A stretch of 64,000 nucleotides of DNA from an uncultured Planctomycetota bacterium (GCA_963823665.1 CAWGMQ010000010.1:2368001-2432000); one strand, 5' to 3'. Positions 33,346-45,174 are shown, counted from the stretch's first letter. Numbers and translations: made by a program. The notes: a model not told the origin generated them from the sequence alone.

Positions 33346-34693
33346 CTACTTCTTCGAGCCCCCTTGGCCCGCCAGTTCCTTGAGGAACGCCAGCGCAGGC
33401 TCGGTGTCGCCTTGGTCGATTGGGCCCTCAAGCAATGCCTGAAGCTGTCGTTCCGATTCGTCGGTCCTCGGCTTGGTGTAATTGAAGTAAGGGCTGCTCA
33501 ATATCTGGTCGACGCTCAAACCGTGCAGCCTCTCCGAAAACTCGTGCACCTGATGCTTGCCGATCACGCGGACGTTCGCCGCGTGTACCGTCCCAGCCAC
33601 GAGCGGGCTGTGGGTGGTCAGGATGAATTGCAGCTTCGGAAACGCACGCGCCAGCCGCGGCACAACCACTCGCTGCCACTGCGGATGCAGGTGAAGGTCA
33701 ATATCGTCGACCATGACCACACCCGTGAGATCGGTCAATGCTCGTCCCCGGGGACTGCAATCGTTGAGTTGGCACAACATATCCCCGATTAGACCGACAT
33801 ACGACCGGTAGCCGTCGGATAGGGCGGGGAAAGGTAGCGCGATTCCGTCCTGCGTGAAAATCGCATGCCGGGCTCTGTCAAACCGGCCGGTGAACCGCGT
33901 GCCAGGTGGCAGTGTCCGGTTGAGCAACAGCGTGATCTCCCTGTATCGGTCCGCTCGCTTCAACTGCGGAAGCCATGCCGAAAGGGATACCAGCGTCATG
34001 CCCTCTTCAAACAGTCCAGCAACGCGGAGGTAGCGGCGGCCACGGCCTTTGTCCGTCCTCCCGACCGCTGCTCGCCCGGGCTCCTCGACTCGTCGGTTCG
34101 CCGCGTATCCAATCAGGAAAAAGCTTGGCGAGAAGTCCTTGTAATACTCGTTCAGCGCCGCGTGAAGTTGCGACCTAGACGCATGTTCTGTTCGAGAATT
34201 GTACACATAAGGGCAAACGCCTGCGCGGGTTCTCAGCCAAAGACAGCGCGGCGTGATCGGATTCGTCTCGATTTCCAGCGAGCGTCTTTACCTCGAGTAC
34301 GTCGTAATCATTCCTCCTTGTGACTTCAACAATGTTCGCGAGGCGGTCTGGCCCGGCGCGCGCGGCCTCACGGGGTGCGATCGCGGCAGTCTCGTGGTCG
34401 TCGAGAACACCGTCGACGCAAACCCGGCCAATCCGGACTTGGTGCAAACCCGTTTTCGGGATACGTACGAGGTAGTAGGGTCGATAGCCAGATTCCTTCA
34501 GAATCGGTGCGAGCACCCCTAGCGCGACCGCCCGAAGAATAGTCGTTTTTCCCGAGCCATTGATTCCAACCATGAGCGTTACGTTGGGCAGCGCGCCATT
34601 CAAGGTCTCCAAGGGTGCGCCAGCATGAACAAATGACGTGACGGCACGCCGAAAGCAACGAAAATCGTGCACATTTACAGAACTGATATACAT
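33346..34693 (-). CDS. ABC/SMC-like AAA ATPase (PtuA/Septu-like), frameshifted near 34200-34250
   Basis: MYISSV.V.DFRCF, Walker A GINGSGKTT, GYAANR, signature LSDGYR, Walker B/D-loop VMVDDIDLHLHPQWQ, H-loop QFILTTHSP. Confidence 0.85.
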
Positions 34694-34836
34694 CGGCCCG
34701 CCCAAAACCAGCCGCCGCACCCAGTCCGTCGACCGAGGTGAAATAAAGGCTGTATTCACACACGCGACTCGAGACTTGGCACATCGCCCCTGCGGACCAA
34801 ACGCATCACGAACTTCGCCGGCTTCAACCTTGCCGC

Positions 34837-37519
34837 TCACTTATCCCTGCTGATCGTCCCCCCACCCTCAAGCGCCGCCTGAGCCGCCGCCAGCCGCGCA
34901 ATCGGCACCCGGAACGGCGAACACGAGACGTAGTCCATCCCCACCTTGTGGCAAAACGCCACGCTGTCCGGGTCGCCCCCGTGCTCGCCGCAGATGCCAA
35001 TCTTCAGGTGCTCGCCGTGCTTCTCCAGCCGCGCCTTCCGGCCCCGCTCCACCCCGATCTCGATCAACTGCCCCACTCCGCGCCACGTCAATCGTCTGGA
35101 ACGGATCGATCGGCAGGATCTTCAGATCCACGTATTCCTGCATGAATGATCCAATGTCATCGCGCGAGAATCCGAAGGTCATCTGCGTCAGGTCATTCGT
35201 GCCGAACGAAAAGAACTCCGCTTCAACCGCGATCTGGTCGGCCGTCAAGGCCGCCCGCGGAATCTCGATCATCGTCCCCACCGAATAGTCGATCTTTACT
35301 CCCGCTGCTTTCGTCAGTGCCTCGGCGATCGCCACGGTCCGCTTCTTCAGGAACGAAAGCTCCTCGACCGTGGCGATCAAGGGAATCATGATCTCCGGCA
35401 GCACCGTCTTGCCCTCCTTCTGGACGTGGATCGCCGCTTCGATGATCGCCCGCACCTGCATGTCGCCGATTTCGGGAAACTTGATCGGCAGCCGGCACCC
35501 GCGCAGCCCCAGCATCGGGTTCTGCTCGTGGAGCTGTACCACGCGCCGGCGAACCTTCTCAACCGGCACGCCAAGCTGCCGCGCAACCTCCGCTTGCCCG
35601 GCCAGATTGTCGTCCTGCGGCAGGAACTCGTGCAGCGGCGGGTCGAGCAATCGGATCGTCACCGGCAACCCGTCCATCGCTTCAAAGATGCCGATGAAGT
35701 CCCGCTTCTGGAACGGCTCGAGCTCTGCCAGCGCCGCCTTCCGGCCTGCTTCATCGTCAGAGAGGATCATCTTCCGCATGGCGACGATCCGCTCGTCGCC
35801 GAAGAACATGTGCTCGGTGCGGCACAATCCGATTCCCTCGGCCCCGAACGAGCGCGCACGCACCGAATCCTCCGGCGTGTCGCAGTTGGTCCTCACCTTC
35901 AGCGTTCGCACCTTGTCCGCCCACGACATCAAGGTCGCGAAGTAGCCGGAAATCGTCGGATCAACCGTCGGCACTTGCCCGATCATCACGTCCCCGGTCG
36001 TCCCGTCGATCGTGATGTAATCCCCCTCCTTCACGGTCGTGCCGTTCACCGAGATCTTACCGCCGGCTTCATCGATCTCGAGCGTGCTGCAGCCCACGAC
36101 GCAAGGCTTCCCCCAGCCGCGGGCCACCACCGCCGCGTGCGAAGCCTTGCCGCCGGTCGCCGTCAGGATCCCCTGTGCCACGTGCATCCCGGCCACGTCC
36201 TCCGGGCTCGTCTCCTTACGCACCAGAAGCATCGGGTCCTTGGGATGCGCCACGTGGTGCTCGACGGCATCCGCAGCCGAGAGCACCACCTTTCCACACG
36301 CGGCTCCCGGGCTCGCCGCGATGCCCCTGGCGGTCGCTTTTCGCTTCGCCTTCGGGTCGAGCTGCGGCAACAGAAGGTGATTCAGACTGTCCGCATTCAC
36401 CCGCTTGATCGCCGTCGTCTCGTCGATCAGCCCTTCCTTCACCATCTCCACGGCCGTCCGCACCGCGGCCGTCCCGGTCCGCTTCCCCGTGCGCGTCTGC
36501 AACATGTACAGCGTGCCGTCCTGCACCGTGAACTCGATGTCCTGCATCTCCTTGTAGTGAGTCTCAAGCTTCGACCGGATGCCCAGAAGCTGGTCGTATA
36601 CCTTGGGCATCTGCTCCTTGAGCTGGCTGATCGGTTCCGGAGTCCGGATCCCCGCCACCACGTCCTCTCCCTGGGCGTTGATCAGATAATCTCCAAAGAA
36701 CTCGTTCTCGCCCGTGTTGGGGTCACGGGTGAATGCAACCCCCGTCCCGGAATTCGTGCCGGTATTGCCGAAGACCATCGCCTGCACATTCACCGCCGTG
36801 CCCTTGAGCGTCGTGATCCGCTCGATCCGGCGATACTCCACTGCCTTCTTGCCCATCCAGCTATTGAAGACCGCCATGATCGACTTCCAGAGCTGATCGA
36901 TCGGGTCTTGCGGAAACGACTGACCGACGTGCTTTTCGTACACCCGCTTGTAGCGGCCGACCAGGTCCTTCAGGTCCTCAGCCGAGAGGTCGGTGTCCAG
37001 CTTCACCCCGCGCTCTTCCTTCTTGGTCGCCAGCTCATGCTCGAACGCCTCGTGTTCGACCCCCATCGCGGTCGACCCGAACATGTCGATCACGCGCCGG
37101 TAGCCGTCATAAGCAAATCGCGGATTACTCGTCTTCCGCGCCAGGCCCTCGACCGTCGCGTCATTGAGCCCAAGATTCAAAATTGTGTTCATCATTCCGG
37201 GCATCGACAGCGCGGCCCCGGATCGCACGCTCACCAGCAGCGGATCGGCCACGTTCCCGAACCTCTTGCCGGCGAGACCCTCCATCCTCGCAAGCGCTGC
37301 CTCGACTTGGGGCTTGACCGCTTCCGGCAGCTTGCGCCCGCGGTCGTAATAGTCGGCGCAGACGTCGGTGGTGATCGTGAAGCCGGGAGGGACCGGAATG
37401 CCGATCAAGCTCATTTCGGCCAGGTTGGCTCCCTTGCCTCCCAAGAGTCCCTTCATGTCGGCGCGGCCTTCGGCGGTGCCTCCACCGAACGAGTAAACGT
37501 ATCTGGGTGCCTCGGCCAT
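34837..37519 (-). CDS. ppdK: Pyruvate, phosphate dikinase (frameshift near 35085)
   Basis: [33 protein letters not shown], phospho-His [41 protein letters not shown]. Confidence 0.96.
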
Positions 37520-37701
37520 GGGTTCTCGCGGCTCCACGATGTGTCGATAGTCAAGTTGCTTGGGTAGGATAACGCGCGGAAGCTGATCCGCGCGGCTGCG
37601 CAGCGGCGATCAGTGTTTCTGCAACGCCGTTCGTATCCGAACGTTATCGTTTCAAGCTCGCGCAGTCAAGAATTGACATGCCGCCCAATCGAGCAGCCCC
37701 C

Positions 37702-38586
37702 TCATTCCTCGGGAATTCCCAGCGACCGGTCGGCTCCGACCAGCAGCCGGCTGTCGGGGTTGCGCGAGATCCATGTACCCCACGTGACCGGCGACGGAAT
37801 CGCCACGCGCATCAACCGCTTCCGGTAGAGTTTGCCCGCCATCGCCGTCAGCCCATCGTGCATCTCGATCCAGAGGCTCTCGGTACCACGGTCGAACAGA
37901 ACCGGCCTCCCATCCTGGAAATATCCGGTCGGCGCCAGGGTGATCCGGCGCCCATCGAGCATCGAATCATAGACCGAAAAGGCCACGACCTGCTTGGCGA
38001 ACGGATTCAGGACAACCAGATACGGATGTTCAGAGACGATATCGTTGATGACGATCACTTTTCCCAGCACGGCCACCGGATAGACGCAGACGCGGTTCTC
38101 GATCTTGGTGCCGACGACGGGTGTCTCCGATGGCATCCGCCCGAAAATCTTGCCGCCCCTCGTCTCGGCCACAGGAAAATCAATCGCCTGCGAAATGAAT
38201 TGACTCTCGGGATGCCGAAGACGGGAAGGGTCAACCTCACCGGACGCAAATCGGAACCAGCGATGTCCCGTGTTCCTCTCCCAGCCGAACCACAGATACG
38301 ACTGATCGCCCTCCACCCGGAACCACTCCTTCGGCCCTTCAGCGAAGCTCGCGATCGGCGCGATGTTCACAAACCCGATGACTCCGTGCTGTTCCTGCGT
38401 GAATAGCTCGTCCTGGAGCTCCTTCCACTCCTCCCACAACTGGCCGGCCTGTGCCAACACGAACACGAAGAGCACAATGACCGACGGCACCGTCACCGCT
38501 CGGATCAATATCTTGTTGAATCGACTCCGGCCCGGATCCTGTGGTCCTTGCGACTCAACCGGGAGCCCTGACTCAGGCGAACTCAT
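37702..38586 (-). CDS. DUF3179-like membrane-anchored protein
   Basis: TM; AIDFP...VVG......YP..VL....VIND, LFDRGTESLW, AG.L....L, TW..W....PDS pattern. Confidence 0.65.
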   Translation of the reverse strand: MSSPESGLPVESQGPQDPGRSRFNKILIRAVTVPSVIVLFVFVLAQAGQLWEEWKELQDELFTQEQHGVIGFVNIAPIASFAEGPKEWFRVEGDQSYLWFGWERNTGHRWFRFASGEVDPSRLRHPESQFISQAIDFPVAETRGGKIFGRMPSETPVVGTKIENRVCVYPVAVLGKVIVINDIVSEHPYLVVLNPFAKQVVAFSVYDSMLDGRRITLAPTGYFQDGRPVLFDRGTESLWIEMHDGLTAMAGKLYRKRLMRVAIPSPVTWGTWISRNPDSRLLVGADRSLGIPEE

Positions 38587-39066
38587 CGATGCCCTTCCTT
38601 CCCAGCGAGTTGTCATTCGCGAAAGACCCGTGGACGGAAGCGTTTCTTACTTATCTCAAGCGACAAGCCCGCCGTCAACGGCCCAGCCCTCCACCGAGGA
38701 GGTATTGCCGACCGTCGACGCGCTCCCGCCACTCTGGCTCAATGTCGCGACACCCCGTCATCCGCGACAACTGTATTCCTCCCCGCGGCGTGGGGGATGT
38801 GCCGGCTCAGCCGGCGGTGGGGGGCGTGCAGGCGAACGGCAGCAAAGCCCTGACAGCGACGCCTTACCGGCCACACCCGCACCGATCACGGACCTTTCCC
38901 TACTGATATTATGTGCGGGTTTTCGAAAATTGGCCATTTCTCAATCGCATTTTCGATTCGCGTGAAAAGCGCAAGTTCAATAGCGATAGATAATTAACTG
39001 CTGAGGAATCTCATTCTGATGTGCCGGTTCAACACGCTTTGAAAAGTGCCATCCCGGCGGCATCGA

Positions 39067-39543
39067 AATCCCAATCCCAATCTTAATCTTAATCTCAGCC
39101 GCCGCGGCTCGCCGACAGACCTCCGAGGGGGTCCAGAACATAGTGAACAAACTAAGCGATTCAGAGTGGCGGTCTTGACCTGACGAGCGCCACGAGGTGT
39201 TTTTGATCGCCAGGCCGCATCGGGATCATAGCCTATCATCTTATCTCCACTTGATTTGTGGAGAAACGGAGCCCGCGACTTAGGGCCACTGATAAGTGGC
39301 GGATTGTGGCGCAAAGTGGCGCGTTTACGAGGGGTCTCCAGCATTTGTACATCAGTGAAAATCGCCCGCTTTCAAAAGCTGCCGATGCCCGCCAGCCGTC
39401 CGCTATTGAACACTGCTCGGTGATGCTTCCCCGGGCTGGCGTGTAAGGCCGCAACAATACAGCCGAGGGCAACGCCCTGGGGCCTGCCTTCGCATCTTTC
39501 AAATAAGTAGAAGCAAATGATAATAAATGGTAAGGAATGGTAA
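39067..39543. repeat. Cluster of short phased repeats and palindromes in a long non-coding region
   Basis: (AATCYY)x5 at 39067-39096; TCTCCAC-N7-GTGGAGA at 39244-39264; GCCACT-GATA-AGTGGC at 39285-39300; GTGGCG x3 at 10 bp period (39296, 39306, 39316); AATGRTAA x3 at 10 bp period (39516, 39526, 39536). Confidence 0.8.
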
Positions 39544-40773
39544 TCCTGACGCAAAAAAAGTCCCATTTTGCTTGCAGTTGAGAGCCCCCCACAATGCCTG
39601 GCCGGAACATCGTGGAGCAGCACGGAAATGCTGAGAGGCAAGGAAGATAACGCCACCAGTCTCGCTCCATGATCCCTCGGATGAGACGATGAAAACTCAT
39701 CCTGTCCGTGGTCCGAAAGTGTCCGCGCTCGGCACAGCTCAGAATTCGGGAAGATTTCGTCGCGCACCGATCCCCCTCTCCGGGCGCAGCTCGGCCCCGT
39801 TTTTCCCACGGCACAGGCTTGATCAGGCCGAGCTGAGATCGTCGAGCACGCGATCGAGCAAACGAAAAAGTCATTCCCAGTTCCGGAGATATGGTTGGTG
39901 CCTCGCGCCGACTCCAGTGTGGGCGATCGAGATTGAGCTATATATATTATGGTCCCACTTTCGCGATTTGGCCGTTTCGTCGACCAGAAATCATGGGATT
40001 TTTTTTCGGGTCGCAACGGATGCAACGACCAACTCGATCGAAACCGCAGATCTGCACGCCGCGTCCAAAAAACGGGAAAAACACCCGGCGCGATTCCCGC
40101 ATGAAGGGTCGCCGTTCACTCCGCCGTCCCCCGCGCTTCCGCTCGATTCCCACCGGTCGCCCAGCGAATCGCGTAAGATCTCCACCAAAGCCTGGGACCC
40201 GCCCGGCTGGACTGGCCCGCTTCCGGCGTGATCGAGGCCGGCCAGCGTCGTTTCCGGCCAGCGACCTGTCCTTCGCCGGTGCGGCAAGCGACGAAGTAGT
40301 GCCGTACCTATCGAGCGGTTCGCAACGACCGGCGTGTGCAAGCGCCGGCGACGCACCCAAGCGCACCCAGTTGCTGACTGTGCGTGGCACAGCGATGTGC
40401 GCGACGTCGGCCGCAAGGCTCGCGGCAATCGCGGGACGCGAACCAGTGCGGGTCAGGTGTGCCTGGCTTCCCTTCGGAACCTGCTCCAGAGATTGGGCGT
40501 TCGGCGCCCCTTCTGCTTTCCCGGTGTCCGCGGTTGGTGGGTGTCTGGGTTCCTCGCGTCGCCCCCCGTTGGAACACGTACGCTCGCTCACCGTCGACGC
40601 CGGGCGAGCCGTGCTTTCCTACCCAGCCGGGCACCGTCCAGCGCGATTCACGCACGCGGCCTCGCTTCTTCCGGTGCGCCACACCGGCCCGGTACACTGT
40701 GACACGTCGGACGCAAAATCCCCCGACTGAGCCTTGCCTCAGATTCCGATACTTCTCGCCCCGGCGGTGCCCC

Positions 40774-41709
40774 GTGGTGCAGCAGCCAATCGAGCAAAAG
40801 TTCAATCGGGCGCTTCAATCGCTCCTCGAGCAGATCAAAGGCGATCGCTCCGTCCTGGCCGCCATCCTGTGTGGCAGTCTGTCGCACGACAAGGTCTGGG
40901 CGAAATCCGACATCGATCTCGTGCTCGTGACCATCGACGACAAGAAGGTTCAATCGGGCGATTTAGCACTGAACGCAGACGGTGTTAATGTCCACGCAGT
41001 CCTCCTGCCCCGCGCGGAATTCCGCAAAACGGCCAACGCATCAATCCGAAACTCGTTCATGCACTCGTTCCTGGCCAAGGGCCGACTGCTGTACACTCAC
41101 GACGAGACGATTGCCGATCTCTACGCCCGGATGCACGAGATCGGCCAGCGCGACACCATGGTCCAGCTCCTCCGCGCAGGAATTCACGCCCTCGGGCCAA
41201 TCTACAAAGCACACAAATGGTTCATCACCCGCGGCGACTTGAATTACACGGCCCTCTGGCTCCTCACCGCCGCAATCCCGCTAGCCCAGATCGAAATCAT
41301 CGGCCGCAAGCTGCTCGCCGACCGCGAAGTGCTCCTCCAGGCCATCGAGCTCAACCCTGCTTTCTTCAAGACCGTCTACGTCGACCTGCTTAACACCAAG
41401 AAAACGCGCAAGAACGTCCAGGCCGCCCTCGATGCGGCTGACCACTACCTCGCCGAACGCGCTCCCACGCTTTTCGCGCCCGTGATCGATCACCTCCGCG
41501 ACGTTGGCGAGATGCGATCGTGCACCGAGATCGAAGACCACTTCAAGCGGAACTTCGATGTCGGCGGCGTTTCCCTCGCATGTGAATACCTGGCAGACCA
41601 GCGCATGATCGGCAAGGCATCTTCACCCGTTCAGCTCACGCGAAGAAGCGACATCCAGGTGCAGGAGCTGGCGTTCTTCTACCTCGAGGATCAACCGGAT
41701 GGCTTCTAA
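40774..41709 (+). CDS. Nucleotidyltransferase (Pol beta superfamily, KNTase-like) domain protein
   Basis: hGS...DhD motif [17 protein letters not shown] at the N-terminus, followed by a helical C-terminal region. Confidence 0.75.
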   Translation: MVQQPIEQKFNRALQSLLEQIKGDRSVLAAILCGSLSHDKVWAKSDIDLVLVTIDDKKVQSGDLALNADGVNVHAVLLPRAEFRKTANASIRNSFMHSFLAKGRLLYTHDETIADLYARMHEIGQRDTMVQLLRAGIHALGPIYKAHKWFITRGDLNYTALWLLTAAIPLAQIEIIGRKLLADREVLLQAIELNPAFFKTVYVDLLNTKKTRKNVQAALDAADHYLAERAPTLFAPVIDHLRDVGEMRSCTEIEDHFKRNFDVGGVSLACEYLADQRMIGKASSPVQLTRRSDIQVQELAFFYLEDQPDGF

Positions 41710-41808
41710 AAGGCGGCTAGCGACTTCGGGAGCGCGAGCGCCCGCCGAGCCGCACCGGCGCTCGCTTCGCCACGCGACGCCCTGTCCCACAATCGCGAAA
41801 ACACATCC

Positions 41809-43910
41809 ATGTCAGTCGCACGGCAAACGCACTCCGCCAGCAAAGCCGAGCCGCGCACAACCATCGCCGTCCAGGCGCGCGCGTGCACAACCTCAAGAAC
41901 ATCACGGTCGAAATCCCCCGCGACAAGCTCATCGTGGTCACCGGGCTCTCGGGCTCGGGCAAGTCGAGCCTGGCGTTCGACACCATTTACGCCGAGGGCC
42001 AGCGTCGCTACATGGAGTCGCTCTCCAGCTTCGCCAAACGGTTCATCGCCCAGGTTTCCAAGCCCGACGTCGACTTTGTCTTCGGCCTCTCCCCGGTGAT
42101 CTCCATTACGGCATCGAAACCAAGGTCACCCTCATCGCGCCGCCGGAAGCAAAGGGAGCTCGCGATGAGTGGGAAGGCAAGGAGGTCGGCTTCGGCGGAA
42201 TCGCCCGCCGGATCGAGCGGCGCTATCGCCGCTACCGCCAGAAGGGCGAGGCAAACTCTGGCATGGAAGCCTGGCTCGACAGCGTGATGTTCGAGCACAC
42301 CTGCCCCGACTGCCGCGGTGCCAGGCTTCGCTCGACGCGGATGTGTTTCACCATTGGGGGCAAGACGATCCACGAATTGGGCCAGCTCAATTTCGATGAG
42401 CTTCACACGTTTCTCGGCACCGTCAAGCCCACAGGCCGCGGTGCCGACGCCGGCCGCCAGGTGCAGAAGGAAATCCGCGGCCGTCTCGAGCTGCTCCTCG
42501 GCATCGGCCTCGACTACCTGAACTTGAACCGGCGCTCGGGCACCCTCTCCGGCGGCGAGTCGCAGCGCATCCGTCTCTCCACGCAGATCGGTTCCGGCTT
42601 GATGGGCATGCTCTACGTGCTCGATGAGCCGAGCATCGGATTGCACCCCAAAGACAACGTGAAAATGATTGCGACGCTCGAGAGCCTGCGCGACATCGGG
42701 AACACGGTGATTGTCGTCGAGCATGATGAAGACACCATCCGCGCCGCCGACCACCTGGTGGAGATGGGCCCCGACCCAGGCGTTCACGGAGGCACCGTGG
42801 TTGTGCAAGGCACAATGGATGACGTGCTCGCCTGCAAGGCCTCGCCCACCGGGCAGTTTCTCTCCGGCAAACGATCGATTGCCACACCCACGAAGCGACG
42901 AGCAGGCAGCGGCAAGGCGCTTGTCGTCCGCGGAGCGCGTGAGAACAATCTGAAATCGATCGACGTCGCGTTCCCGCTGGGCAAGCTCGTGGCGATCACC
43001 GGTGCTTCCGGCTCCGGCAAGAGCACGCTGGTGAGCGACGTGCTCTACAAAGCGCTCTGGAAACGGCTGATTGATACGCGCACGCTGCCCGGCGAGCACG
43101 ACAGTGTGGAAGGTCTCGAATATGTGCAAAAAGTGGTGAACATCGATCAATCACCGATCGGACGCAACAGCCGGTCCAACCCCGCGACGTACGTGGGCTT
43201 CTACGACGCGATCCGCGACTTGTTCACCCAGAGCCCGCTCTCGATCGAGCGCGGCTACAAGCCCGGCCGGTTCAGCTTCAACGTCAAGGGCGGCCGGTGT
43301 GAGGAATGCCAGGGCGAAGGTGTGATCGCCACGCAGCTTTATTTCATGCCCGACGTCGAAGTAACCTGCGCCGCCTGCAAGGGCGCGCTTCAATGCCGAG
43401 ACGCTTGAAGTAACGCTGCGCGGCAAGACAATCGATGACGTGCTGAACATGTCCATCGAGGAGGGCGCGGTCTTCTTCGGCGATGAGCCAGCCGTGGGTA
43501 AGAAGATCGAGGTCCTGAATGACCTGGGTCTTGGTTACCTGACGCTCGGCCAGTCGGCAACGACGCTTTCCGGCGGCGAGGCACAACGGATCAAGGTGGC
43601 GACCGAGTTGAGCAAGGTCCAGCGCTCCAAGCACACCGTCTACATCCTCGATGAGCCGACAACCGGCCTGCATTTGGCCGATGTGGAGCGCCTGCTCGAA
43701 TCACTCAATCGCCTGGTCGACGCCGGCCACACCGTGCTCCTGATCGAGCACCACATGGATGTGATCAAGACAGCCGACCACGTGATCGATCTGGGCCCCG
43801 AAGGCGGCCACGCCGGCGGGAGGGTCGTGGTGACCGGCACGCCGGAGCAAGTCGCCGCCTGCAAGGAATCGCACACCGGGTCGTTCTTGAAGTCACATCT
43901 TCGTGGATAG
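41809..43910 (+). pseudogene. uvrA: UvrA-family excinuclease ATPase with an apparent large internal deletion at ~42106 and frameshifts
   Basis: [56 protein letters not shown], second [43 protein letters not shown]. The segment normally following GLSP.ISI (NPRSTVGT, first Zn module) is absent. Confidence 0.75.
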
Positions 43911-44132
43911 CGGACGCGCGAGCCGGCCATGCAACCCTCAATCTCAGATTCTACTCATTTTCTGCGTTGAAGGCAGGTTGGATGGGAAGCGAAGACAGCG
44001 TAATGGAGAAGTGTGAGCCGCCTATTTCCATCGCAGCCCATCAACAAAAGTGATCTCTTATGAAAGCGCAGTCGTATCATTCGCTCCAACCCATTTGTGG
44101 CGTCTCTCCGCCGGCCGTGCTACGTTCTCGAC

Positions 44133-44691
44133 ATGAATCCCCGGGCCATGTTCTCACGCATTTTGACGGCCGCCCAAGCTTTGACCGGCCGTTTTCGGCC
44201 CGCAATGACCGGCACGCCTCCATCGGCCCGGCAGATTCCCGCCCACCCGGAACTGCATGCACTCGACTTTGCCAAACGTTACGCCGAACCGTTGGATTAT
44301 CATGCTGCCCAAACCATGATCGACTTGGGCATCCCGCGCGACCTGATCGCGCAGGCGCACCTTTACACCACATACGACATGCGACTTTTCATTGGCGTGA
44401 GCGCACAGGCAGCGGAGTGTCGCCAGAAGGACGATTGACGCTCGACAGCGGGATAATGAACTTGATTTACTGAACACAGATTACGGCGATGATGTCGCAA
44501 CAATATGGAGGAAGCTTCGCCTGAAGGCCCGCATGAAAGCGATCACCGCGCATGAACTGGCGGAGTATGAATCCGGAAGCCATGTTGAAGCGCTCGAGGC
44601 CGCTGCCAGGACCCGGTTGCCAATCAGCGCGGAAGCGCGGGAATTGCTGCGAGCGATGGTGAAGGGATGGAAATGGAGGTCGGCTCCTTAA
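44133..44691 (+). CDS. Hypothetical protein with HExxE..H motif, frameshifted
   Basis: Reconstructed across frames: HALDFAKRYAEPLD...LGIP...GRLTLDSGIMN...WRKLRLKARMKAITAHELAEYESGSHVEAL...LPISAEARELLRAM.KGW*. Confidence 0.5.
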
Positions 44692-44786
44692 CCAGGAATC
44701 GACCCAGCTAATCCCATCGAATCGAACACGGCGCTCAGAGCCGGAGCCGACCGCTTACGACGATGTCACCCACAATCACATAGAGA

Positions 44787-45005
44787 TCAGCTCCCCGCCA
44801 AACTCGCAGCGTAATCAACTCCCTCCTGCGTGATTCGGTAGGCCGATTCCCGTCCGTGTGCGAACGTGTGCAACGGAATCATAAGCCCGGCGCGCGCGAG
44901 CTCCCGGTAAGCTTCGCGGTTCTCATCGGTCACCAGGATTTGCTGTCCGGTCATGTTTTCCCTCAGCAGATCGAGGGCGGGTTCGGACAGGATCAGGGTT
45001 TCCAT
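44787..45005 (-). CDS. Small hypothetical protein, winged-helix-like C-terminus
   Basis: 72 aa METLILSE...AYRELARAGLMIP...YRITQEG; GAGGA RBS upstream. Confidence 0.6.
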   Translation of the reverse strand: METLILSEPALDLLRENMTGQQILVTDENREAYRELARAGLMIPLHTFAHGRESAYRITQEGVDYAASLAGS

Positions 45006-45174
45006 GTTTTCCTCATCATTGGGCGGGCTCGACCATTCGAGCGCGGGACTCCCGCCCCCTGGGCTCGACCGCCGATGTCGCAAAAGCGCGCAAGCCGCAA
45101 GTATCCTACGACGCAAACATTGAGCGACATACTACCCGCCAACACAGTTCCAGAGAACATCAACCAGAAGCGCG

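Noticed and set aside
32275..34836. Retron (Ec78-type) system
   Set aside because: No reverse transcriptase nearby and no convincing a1/a2 inverted repeat in the 143 bp upstream gap.
38900..39700. Replication origin
   Set aside because: No clear TTATCCACA DnaA boxes and no dnaA/dnaN/par genes seen.
39891..40805. ORFs 39891..40730, 39947..40591 and neighbours
   Set aside because: Arg/Pro/Ala-rich translations without motifs or clear RBS; not supportable as genes.
41699..41808. Translational coupling of the nucleotidyltransferase and uvrA via ATG 41699
   Set aside because: That frame encodes non-UvrA, repeat-like sequence; the UvrA N-terminus fits ATG 41809.
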